From UHGV virus genome UHGV-0048455: 33,129 bases of DNA. One strand, 5' to 3'. The position numbers and the translations under genes were made by a program. This DNA comes from a virus. Of the stretch, positions 17,288-24,829 are shown piece by piece (the stretch's first letter is position 1; each line of letters opens with the position of its first letter). Below the pieces are notes generated by a model. It ran no database searches, was not told the DNA's origin, and saw nothing but the letters and a program-made list of their open reading frames with translations.

Positions 17288-18885
17288 TTACAAATCACTT
17301 TATCTTTCTCAGTTAATTCTCCTAATTTCTTATAGCCCTTTGTAGTTAATACAGGATGTTCGTATGTTCCTTTTAATTCATAACCATTTGATAATTTTAA
17401 TTTATATATGTCTTGTTTTCTTTTTGTAAGCCTTACATCTTTAAATTTTCTATATATAAATTTACTTCCATCAAAGCATTTAACATTTCCTTTTTTTCCA
17501 ACTAAATCAATTATTTTGAAATTGCCTTTATCTGTTGTGATAATAGTATCTCCTATTAAGCAAGCATCTATATGATGGTCAAACTCTTTTACATAAGCCT
17601 CTTTACCTGTTTTAGCACTTGTCTTTAAGTCATATCTATAACTTTCTAATTCCAATATTCCCTCATCTTTACTACTATATATTAATTCGCCATTGTCCGT
17701 TATATGTTTTATAGAATTTTGTTTATATATAAAGAAATATTTTTTGTAGAACAATGATTGCAAATGCTGTACTCCTTCTACCACCGAACCTGGTCCTTTT
17801 ACTGCTAAAGAATGTGGAATATTGTCTGCTAATAATCTATTATGAAAATGTGTTGCTTCACTATCTAATACTATTGTAGTTATAGGAACTTGTCCATACT
17901 CACTTTTTAGATACAACAAGAATAATCTTAATTGCTTGCTAAAATATTCAGTTGTAGGGTTGTCTTGTTCTTCTTTAGCGTTATGATAATATATTTCTAA
18001 CCTAATCAATACCCATTTCTTTTCAACTTTATTATATGCCAATGCAATTGGTACAAATGTAGTAGGGTTTGAATTTCCGTAGTCTATTCCTATTCCTATT
18101 TCTCTGAAAGCATAGTCATTTAAATCATTAATGATGTTTATTGTTGTAAAAATTTTTCCAGTTGCAAGTATCCATCTATTGAATATCTTTTGTTCTCTTA
18201 GATTTCCGGGTGGAAACATTTCTAATACCTTTCGCATTGCTTCTTCTGTTTTTATCTTAGGGTTGTCATAAGGAAAGAAAGAATAATGCTTAGCATAAGG
18301 TTTCTTATCTATGTAGTCAATCTTATATGGATGATTTTCCCCACCCTCAACATTGAATGAATGTATAGTCTTTAAATAAGGATGATCTGCATAAGATACT
18401 TGTCTACCAGGGAACTCATTAAATGGCTCTCTTAAATTATCTTGCGAGTATATTCTAGCACTTTCATCTATCCACTCAAATATCAAAGGCTTACCTAATA
18501 TTTTATTGAATGCAAGAACATTGTTAAAACCGAAGAAATAATATCTAATGTTGTATATTTCCAGATACTTTTCATCGGTCTGCCACCTTAATATATAATC
18601 TCTTCCTTTTTCTAATTTCATATCATCTAGAAACTTTTTTAAAGGCTCTAAGATGTTACCTTTTAATGTCTCTAAACTCCAACCAGTTATAGAACCGAAA
18701 TAAGTTTCTTTTGGGTTATAATTATATAAGGCTTGAGCATATAAGATACAACCTAGACATATATCAAAGGTCTTACCACTTTGAGTACTTCCTAATACAT
18801 ATATTTCAGTTAGATTAGGGCTGATTATATCATTTAGTAGTTGACTTTGCTTTTTTGATAGTGTTAGATTTAGATTTGTTTCCAT
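17284..18885 (-). CDS. terL: Terminase large subunit N-extein (441 aa) fused to split intein N-half (IntN, 92 aa, 17287..17562)
   Basis: Walker A GSTQSGKT, Walker B WIDES, RNase H-like GIDYG and DHHIDA; then CLIGDT (block A) and GTYEHPVLT (block B). Confidence 0.92.
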   Translation of the reverse strand: METNLNLTLSKKQSQLLNDIISPNLTEIYVLGSTQSGKTFDICLGCILYAQALYNYNPKETYFGSITGWSLETLKGNILEPLKKFLDDMKLEKGRDYILRWQTDEKYLEIYNIRYYFFGFNNVLAFNKILGKPLIFEWIDESARIYSQDNLREPFNEFPGRQVSYADHPYLKTIHSFNVEGGENHPYKIDYIDKKPYAKHYSFFPYDNPKIKTEEAMRKVLEMFPPGNLREQKIFNRWILATGKIFTTINIINDLNDYAFREIGIGIDYGNSNPTTFVPIALAYNKVEKKWVLIRLEIYYHNAKEEQDNPTTEYFSKQLRLFLLYLKSEYGQVPITTIVLDSEATHFHNRLLADNIPHSLAVKGPGSVVEGVQHLQSLFYKKYFFIYKQNSIKHITDNGELIYSSKDEGILELESYRYDLKTSAKTGKEAYVKEFDHHIDACLIGDTIITTDKGNFKIIDLVGKKGNVKCFDGSKFIYRKFKDVRLTKRKQDIYKLKLSNGYELKGTYEHPVLTTKGYKKLGELTEKDKVICN

Positions 18886-19066
18886 TTTCCAACTCCCTAT
18901 CTATTTCTTCAATTCTCTGAGTAGTCTTTCCTTGACACTCATTACTTTCTATATCTTTAATGATTAATTCTTTCTTTTCTAATTTTAGTTTCTCTTCGTT
19001 AGATACAATCAAGCCATTACTGTCTTTGATTAAATATCTATCTTCTCTCAATTTAATAAACTCCAT
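18830..19066 (-). CDS. Hypothetical protein
   Basis: 78-aa ORF with GGAGG RBS, overlapping the terL start. Confidence 0.7.
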   Translation of the reverse strand: MEFIKLREDRYLIKDSNGLIVSNEEKLKLEKKELIIKDIESNECQGKTTQRIEEIDRELENGNKSKSNTIKKAKSTTK

Positions 19067-19075
19067 ATTTGCCTC

Positions 19076-19327
19076 CTATTTAAGTCTAAATACTTGTCCA
19101 TTATCAGAATACATACCATATCCATTGCCTAAATCTTTATATACTCTTCCATTATTTAATTTGATTTTGCTTTCTGCTGTTTTTGGAACAGTAGAGCCAA
19201 CCTTAACAAATTTAGTAGGTATTTCTGTTTTTTCCTCTTGAACTTGTGGATTAACTGGCTTATTATCTAAACTAATAACATCAACCTTTTTCTTTCCAGT
19301 GTTACTTTTTTTTGCCATTTCTGACAC
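19076..19327 (-). CDS. Hypothetical protein
   Basis: ~80-aa ORF with AGGAGGTG RBS (true start may be ATG 19318). Confidence 0.7.
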   Translation of the reverse strand: MSEMAKKSNTGKKKVDVISLDNKPVNPQVQEEKTEIPTKFVKVGSTVPKTAESKIKLNNGRVYKDLGNGYGMYSDNGQVFRLK

Positions 19328-19340
19328 CTCCTTTTTTTCC

Positions 19341-19802
19341 AGTGTTATTAAACACTACACTAATAATATGTCTAGTTTTCTAAAATAGTCGACCTGTTAG
19401 AAATTCAGTGCCTAATTGGCTTATTCGTACTACACTTGCATATTATCAGTGTACTGCTTAATAGATACTATACCAATGATATATACTATTCATAGTGGAA
19501 CTATGGACTTCAATCTATATCATCAGTACACTACCTACTAGCAGTGCTTATTGTCTATAAAGATGATTTCTACATCAATTTCTTGATTTACTCCATTCTG
19601 GAACACATTTATAGACTACTAGTATTTATAAGCACCATAGAATAGATATATTATTACAACAACGTTGTCCTATTTACTATAGCATAGGATATATCTACTC
19701 TATGCCACCTATAAAGTAGCTATTTGTCTATTAATAATTGATAACCTAGCCCACCTCACACCTAGTTATCTTGCATACTCATATGGTGCGTATGCTTCCC
19801 AC
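19341..19802 (-). ncRNA. Putative structured non-coding RNA array (repeated 9bp+GG+15bp stems with variable cargo)
   Basis: No long ORF; many long inverted repeats whose mismatches are G-U compatible on the minus strand; promoter-like sequence just upstream. Confidence 0.7.
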
Positions 19803-19808
19803 ATTTTA

Positions 19809-19837
19809 ATTATACTATATTACTTCTACAAAGTCTA
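19809..19837 (-). promoter_or_regulatory. Putative promoter for the ncRNA array and terL operon
   Basis: TAGACT (19837-19832), N17, TATAAT (19814-19809). Confidence 0.55.
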
Positions 19838-20177
19838 TATCAGGATACTTTGCTAATAACATTTTTATTTTAAGCCTATATACCTTGTCTTTTGCTGTTA
19901 TAGGGCTTTTAATGTCCTCTATAATATATTTACCTTTTTCATTATCAAAATACTTAAAATCAGCAATATAATAAGTTTTAGGATATGTCTTGTCTTTATA
20001 ATGAATTGTATCTAGTAATAAGAACTTTGGTTGTAGTTCTAATTCATTTATTATTCCTGCTTTTTCTAGTTGTTTTAAAATGATATATCTTCGCATTTCT
20101 TTTTTACTTGAAAATCTTATATCTTTATAGATAACTTTGGTATTGTGATATTTATTCTTTATTATCATATAATACAC
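19815..20177 (-). CDS. DUF1064-like PD-(D/E)XK nuclease
   Basis: NKYHN.K...RFSSKKE..RY..L, LELQPKF.L, YIADF.Y, IEDIK, YRLKIK motifs. Confidence 0.8.
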   Translation of the reverse strand: MYYMIIKNKYHNTKVIYKDIRFSSKKEMRRYIILKQLEKAGIINELELQPKFLLLDTIHYKDKTYPKTYYIADFKYFDNEKGKYIIEDIKSPITAKDKVYRLKIKMLLAKYPDIDFVEVI

Positions 20178-20538
20178 TCTCCAAATTACTATTATCTACT
20201 ACTTCCATTTTAATAGTAGGCATTACTCTCATTTCTCCTGTTGTTTCAACTTTATCAGTTTGCCCTAGATATTGCTTACCTAGAAATATAGCCATTGTAG
20301 GATTTTTTTCTGCTAATTTCCATTGAGTTCTACGAAGTGATATTTGTCCTTTGCCTCTTTTTATCTTGAATACTTCCGAAAATGTAGTCCCATAAGTTTT
20401 CTTGCACCAACTATTTAAAGTATCATCTTCAACATCAAAGAAATCACATATTTCTAATAAAGTACATTGAAGCCCGCATAAGCTTTCAAATTGTTTCTTA
20501 TCAATTTTATCTTGTGCTGGTGTATCTCCTTTTATCAT
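20152..20538 (-). CDS. terS: Terminase small subunit (HTH)
   Basis: FESLCGLQCTLLEIC..F, GQISLRRTQW.LA..N.TMAIFLGKQYLGQ.D motifs. Confidence 0.8.
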   Translation of the reverse strand: MIKGDTPAQDKIDKKQFESLCGLQCTLLEICDFFDVEDDTLNSWCKKTYGTTFSEVFKIKRGKGQISLRRTQWKLAEKNPTMAIFLGKQYLGQTDKVETTGEMRVMPTIKMEVVDNSNLESVLYDNKE

Positions 20539-20568
20539 AATATCACTTCCTTTTTATTTTGTCTTTAA

Positions 20569-21060
20569 TTATTTAAACATAAAGCCCGCTGTTACGCAAT
20601 CTCTTAATTTTCTATTTTTATCAATTTTACTATTTTTACTAATACATTTAGGTTTTTTATTATATCTATATAAACACCATTTTTCAGATTTTTTTAGACT
20701 TGAAATTAAATTTTTAGCACTTGTTACAATTCCAAAATCAAAATTTTGTTTTTTATAATATTCAGCTATGAAATTTAAAAATTTTGTCCCTAAACCTATT
20801 CCTTGATAATCTGGTAATATTACTAATCTACTTACTCTTTTTAATTTTTTATTTATAGGATGAGGTTGATGTATAATAGCAATAAATCCAATTATTTTTT
20901 CTTCATCATATAATCCATAACATACACAACAATCAGCTAAATTATTGTTTAAATAATGATATTTCCTAAATTTTGCCCACTCGCTTCGTTCACATTTTTT
21001 AATATTAAATTCTTTTTTTCTTCGTGGGCTTGGTAGGGGACCATTTTCATCACATTTGTA
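20569..21060 (-). CDS. GNAT acetyltransferase domain without its own start codon; probable -1 frameshift fusion to the upstream ATPase
   Basis: Manual translation ...EWAKFRKYHYL...RVSRLVILPDYQGIGLG (GNAT motif A)...TAGFMFK*; no ATG/GTG/TTG until the last three residues. Confidence 0.85.
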   Translation of the reverse strand, partial: YKCDENGPLPSPRRKKEFNIKKCERSEWAKFRKYHYLNNNLADCCVCYGLYDEEKIIGFIAIIHQPHPINKKLKRVSRLVILPDYQGIGLGTKFLNFIAEYYKKQNFDFGIVTSAKNLISSLKKSEKWCLYRYNKKPKCISKNSKIDKNRKLRDCVTAGFMFK

Positions 21061-21626
21061 TCAAAAATCCAATCTGGTTGAAGCCACTCTATAATGTCAT
21101 AATGACAACTAACTGCTATAAATTGTTTATTTAATTTTTTTATTGTTTTATTTGTTGCTATACACATTGTTTGAGCTACGTTTCTATCAACTACAGATGT
21201 AAATTCATCAAAACATATTTTATCATTTTCTAATAATGCTCTTGCCAAATCAACTCTCATTTTTTCACCATTTGATAAAACTTTATAAGGTTTAAGCCAA
21301 CTAGGAACACTTCCAAAACCAACTGTATAAAACATTTTTTCTATTTCTTCCATTGTTTTTGATTGTGGCATATCATCTATAACACTTTTATGATTATATT
21401 CAAAATTATTTATATATTCATTTTTAAATATTTCTTTAGCGATAGTTGATTTACCAGTTCCACTATTACCAACAATTAATCCAATATTCCATATTTTTGG
21501 TAAATCTATAGTTCCAATAAAATTTTCATTTGAGTGTTCAACTTTTACATCAAAATCATTCATTATTTTTGCTACTCTAAATGTTTTATCAACTTTATTT
21601 TCTTTTAATATGTTGAAATTTTGCAT
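20949..21626 (-). CDS. ABC-type ATPase
   Basis: GNSGTGKS Walker A, LSNGE signature, CFDEF Walker B, SCH H-loop. Confidence 0.88.
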   Translation of the reverse strand: MQNFNILKENKVDKTFRVAKIMNDFDVKVEHSNENFIGTIDLPKIWNIGLIVGNSGTGKSTIAKEIFKNEYINNFEYNHKSVIDDMPQSKTMEEIEKMFYTVGFGSVPSWLKPYKVLSNGEKMRVDLARALLENDKICFDEFTSVVDRNVAQTMCIATNKTIKKLNKQFIAVSCHYDIIEWLQPDWIFDTNVMKMVPYQAHEEKKNLILKNVNEASGQNLGNIII

Positions 21627-22120
21627 TCATATCCTTCTTTCATTAATTTATTATATTTTTCTTCTAATTCAATTTCATTTTGGCAAGTAATTATTATTTC
21701 ATATTTCTCAAATTCTTTATTAGATAAATCTATTCTTTCAATTTCAACATCATCGGTATTAATATTAAAATCAAATATACTCATATCTATATCTAAAATA
21801 CTATCTAATTCTTTATCTAACTTAGTATAGTCCCATAATGATTTTTCAGCAACTTTATTATCTGCTAATCTGAATGCTTTTACTTGTTCTTCGGTTAAGT
21901 CATCAGCGACAATGCAAGGAATATCTTTTATTCCTAATTCTTTACTTGCTTTTATTCTTGTATGTCCTGCAATTATAACATTATCTTTGTCTATTACAAC
22001 AGGTACTTTAAATCCAAATTCTTTAATTGAATTTTTAACATATTCAACTGCTTCATCATTTAAACGAGGATTATTTTCATAAGGTATTAACTCATCTATA
22101 TTTTTATATATTATTTCCAT
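21605..22120 (-). CDS. ParB/Srx N-terminal domain protein
   Basis: LIPYENNPR.N, SIKEFGF..P, IIAGHTR, AFRLADN motifs. Confidence 0.9.
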   Translation of the reverse strand: MEIIYKNIDELIPYENNPRLNDEAVEYVKNSIKEFGFKVPVVIDKDNVIIAGHTRIKASKELGIKDIPCIVADDLTEEQVKAFRLADNKVAEKSLWDYTKLDKELDSILDIDMSIFDFNINTDDVEIERIDLSNKEFEKYEIIITCQNEIELEEKYNKLMKEGYECKISTY

Positions 22121-22141
22121 ATATAACCTCCAAAGGCAAAG

Positions 22142-22555
22142 TTATTTTAACTCTGCCATTTCTAAATATTTATTATTTAATTCATTTGCTAATTGTAAAG
22201 CTCTTGCTTTTTCATTATATGCTTTTGTTAAACCTAAACCATTTTTAACTACCCATACTTGGCATACTTCTACTTCGGCATCTATGATAGTACCTTTATC
22301 TTTTTCATTTTTAGTTTTAGTATATTTGTCCACAGGTTTAGTGATTGTAATTTTATTATATTCTGTATTTTTATCAATTATCATTTCAAATAATGCTTTT
22401 TTATAACTTATTTCATCTAATTCCATATATTCTATATTACATAATAATTGTCCAGTAGGTATTAACATATAATTTCCTTTTTCATCTTCATATTTTGCTA
22501 TTTCTTTTGTTACCTTTGTTATATTTTTATTAAACTTAATTAAATCTCTTTCCAT
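22142..22555 (-). CDS. Hypothetical protein
   Basis: 137-aa ORF with AGGAG RBS. Confidence 0.7.
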   Translation of the reverse strand: MERDLIKFNKNITKVTKEIAKYEDEKGNYMLIPTGQLLCNIEYMELDEISYKKALFEMIIDKNTEYNKITITKPVDKYTKTKNEKDKGTIIDAEVEVCQVWVVKNGLGLTKAYNEKARALQLANELNNKYLEMAELK

Positions 22556-22558
22556 TTT

Positions 22559-22804
22559 TTATCTTTCTCCTATTCTTTCTATATTTTCCCTTATTTTTAA
22601 ATATTCTTTACCAATAGGACTTTTAAAATAATTATTACATATGTCTATTGCAAAATTTATTGTTGCATTTGCAACATTTTTAATAAGTGAAATAACTTCT
22701 TCTGGTTTGGTTTTATTTGCAATACAAATATTTGCTAAATTGTGTTTTTGCTCATCAGTCATTATTTTCACTATATCAGCATTTGTAATATTAATATGTT
22801 TCAT
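22559..22804 (-). CDS. Hypothetical protein
   Basis: 81-aa ORF, AGGAGG RBS, TAATG coupling. Confidence 0.7.
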   Translation of the reverse strand: MKHINITNADIVKIMTDEQKHNLANICIANKTKPEEVISLIKNVANATINFAIDICNNYFKSPIGKEYLKIRENIERIGER

Positions 22805-23193
22805 TATTTTCCTCCTAATTGACTTGTTTCTTTTAATCTTCCTTTTAGATTATCAAATACTTCTTTTGTTGGTATAAATATTTGTGGTATTTGATTAATT
22901 CTTCTTAATTCTCTCCAATACTTTCGCTCTTCTTTATCCTTTATATTCGCTATGTTTATTGTTCTTGATTTTATTATGTCATATAAAGGCTCGGTTTTAG
23001 GTACACTTCCTAATTTCTTTTTAAATTCAAATAAACCCAATCTCATAAACTCTTCGTATGAGATGTTTTCATATCTACTACAATAAAAGGCATAGGCTTG
23101 GTCTAAATCCTCTTTATAAGCAAAGCAAAATATTGTTTTATTGCTTATTTTTTTGCTATAATTATTCTTTATTTCCCTCACTGGGAGTATCAT
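22804..23193 (-). CDS. Gp15-like tail assembly chaperone (T-like)
   Basis: YAFY..Y...F...L..VP.TEPLYDIIKSR...KEERKYWRELRR..IP resembles the A118 Gp15 family pattern. Confidence 0.55.
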   Translation of the reverse strand: MILPVREIKNNYSKKISNKTIFCFAYKEDLDQAYAFYCSRYENISYEEFMRLGLFEFKKKLGSVPKTEPLYDIIKSRTINIANIKDKEERKYWRELRRINQIPQIFIPTKEVFDNLKGRLKETSQLGGK

Positions 23194-23632
23194 CTAGTCC
23201 TTTGTTAATAATCTGTCCTAATTTAGAACTAAATAATTGTAGTTGTATGGGTTGCTCTGCTTCTGGTATATTATCAATATCCATATCATCAAATAAATCT
23301 TTTATATTCTTACCGAATAATTTTTCTATCATTTCATTTAATATGATAGCCTCTTCTAATTGAATATAAAATTTTTCATATTCTTGATAGTTAGTTTCAT
23401 CATAAGTTATATGACCTTTTCCATCATCTTTTTTGATTATAAGGTCATTTTTTGTTATTCCTTGTTTACTTAATTCTTTATACATATTAAGTCTTGCTGT
23501 TGCTACAATTCCTTGTAACTTTTCAGCCATTTCAATTGTTCTTTTGAATTCAATAGATACTTCTTTTTTATCTTTGCTAGTATAAACTAATTTGTAAGTA
23601 TCTAAGTCAATTTTAATAAATTCATATTTCAT
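23162..23632 (-). CDS. Putative tail assembly chaperone (G-like)
   Basis: Helical ~156-aa protein overlapping the Gp15-like ORF by 32 nt; ATG 23632 with GGAGG RBS. Confidence 0.45.
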   Translation of the reverse strand: MKYEFIKIDLDTYKLVYTSKDKKEVSIEFKRTIEMAEKLQGIVATARLNMYKELSKQGITKNDLIIKKDDGKGHITYDETNYQEYEKFYIQLEEAIILNEMIEKLFGKNIKDLFDDMDIDNIPEAEQPIQLQLFSSKLGQIINKGLDDTPSEGNKE

Positions 23633-23810
23633 TTTATCCTCCAATTCTAAAAAAGTTAGAAATTATCAAACTCACTAAAGGCAAACTCATAATTTCATAA
23701 AAGAATATTTATTGGAGAACAAACATTTTATATCTTTAAAAGGGGTGAATAATATGTTTAAGAAAATAATATTTTTAGTTTTTGCTTGTTCTCCTACTTT
23801 TCCACTTCCT

Positions 23811-23839
23811 ATTATAGCACAATTATTTCTTTATTGCAA
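23811..23839 (-). promoter_or_regulatory. SigA-type promoter
   Basis: TTGCAA (23839-23834), N17, TATAAT (23816-23811), with TG extended -10. Confidence 0.65.
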
Positions 23840-24014
23840 CTAAATTATTACATCTTATACAATATACTTCGTTTTTGCTATTAGTCATAAATAAACTTTT
23901 TTTATAACATTTAGGACATATTTCTTTTGGCTTTCTGCTATATGCCTTGTGTATTTCTTTTAATTTATCTTTTTCTCTTTCTCTTAATATTTTTCTTTCA
24001 CTATTTTGGCTCAT
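23823..24014 (-). CDS. Small zinc-ribbon protein
   Basis: CPKC...CIRC; start ATG 24014 with GGAGGT RBS. Confidence 0.7.
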   Translation of the reverse strand: MSQNSERKILREREKDKLKEIHKAYSRKPKEICPKCYKKSLFMTNSKNEVYCIRCNNLVAIKK

Positions 24015-24573
24015 TTTTATTACCTCCATTATATTTTTCTTTGCATTCTTTTATAAACTTTTTTATTATTCTACTCACTTGGGCTCGTGTAATATTTGTT
24101 TTTTTTGATATTTGTATTTGAGTTAATTCTTTATAACCTAATAGGCCATAAGTAGAACATATTATTAATTTATCTCTTTCGCTTAATTTGAATATTTCTT
24201 TATAAATTAATTCTAATCTTTCTTTTTTTATAATGTTATCTTCTATATTTTCTTTTGAAGGAATTACATCTAATAAATATAATTCTTTACCATTATCATT
24301 TATTTGTGTATAAATTGATATGTCTTGTATCCCATTTCCTCTTTTTTGCATAGATTGTTTTCTTTTATAAGCAAGTATTTCATTAGTTATGCAGGAAGTT
24401 AAATATGTTGATGCTTTATAGCCTTTATCTCCACTGTAAGTATTAGCACCTTTAACTAATCCTATCATTCCTATGTCATAATATTCATCAAGTTGATTAT
24501 ATAAATTATATCTTTTTAACACCATATATATTAAATTTATATTATCTAATATTAATTTTTCTTTCGTTAACAT
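24001..24573 (-). CDS. Phage-encoded sigma-70 family sigma factor (SigK/SigE-like)
   Basis: Region 2 (IGMIGLVKG..TY...KG.K.STY...CI.NEI) and region 4 (LSERD..II...YGL.G..ELTQ.QIS....ITRAQVSRI). Confidence 0.88.
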   Translation of the reverse strand: MLTKEKLILDNINLIYMVLKRYNLYNQLDEYYDIGMIGLVKGANTYSGDKGYKASTYLTSCITNEILAYKRKQSMQKRGNGIQDISIYTQINDNGKELYLLDVIPSKENIEDNIIKKERLELIYKEIFKLSERDKLIICSTYGLLGYKELTQIQISKKTNITRAQVSRIIKKFIKECKEKYNGGNKNEPK

Positions 24574-24713
24574 TTTAATTCCTCGTCTATTTCTCTTATC
24601 TGTTTAGCAAAATATTCAGTATAAAAACTATCTTTAAATTGTTTGGCAAGTTTATATCTTTCTAAAAAAGATTGTCTTATTTTCAATAATTATCTTCTTC
24701 TATGTGCTTCCAT
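24567..24713 (-). pseudogene. Small ORF with in-frame TAA at codon 8
   Basis: MEAHRRR*LLKIRQSFLERYKLAKQFKDSFYTEYFAKQIREIDEELKC; translationally coupled at both ends. Confidence 0.45.
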
Positions 24714-24829
24714 TATTTCTTACCTTCTTTAACTAAATCATTGTACTCATCATTAATTACTGCTTTGAAATAATGGTCACAATATGTGCTATCAAATTCA
24801 TAAGTATTTTCAAATGCTTTTAAATCCAT
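24713..24829 (-). CDS. Small hypothetical protein, 38 aa
   Basis: MDLKAFENTYEFDSTYCDHYFKAVINDEYNDLVKEGKK; TAATG coupling on both sides. Confidence 0.55.
   Translation of the reverse strand: MDLKAFENTYEFDSTYCDHYFKAVINDEYNDLVKEGKK

Noticed and set aside
19519..19530. CUGAUGA on the minus strand as a hammerhead core or box C
   Set aside because: No correctly placed GAAA/stem II or box D partner; the motif is buried in the 15-bp stem.
19553..19590. Resemblance of GTCTA...ATTTCTAC to a Cas12a repeat
   Set aside because: It lacks the closing GTAGAT arm and lies on the strand opposite the predicted transcript.
19341..19802. CRISPR array, TIGR array or integron attC cassette array
   Set aside because: There are no identical direct repeats with regular spacers and no Cas, Nop-domain or integrase gene. 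The conservation is in pairing geometry, not sequence.
23171..23180. G_GGA_AAT as a canonical -1 tail-chaperone frameshift
   Set aside because: The -1 frame reads GGG AAA TAA and stops immediately; the downstream ORF is in the +1 frame.
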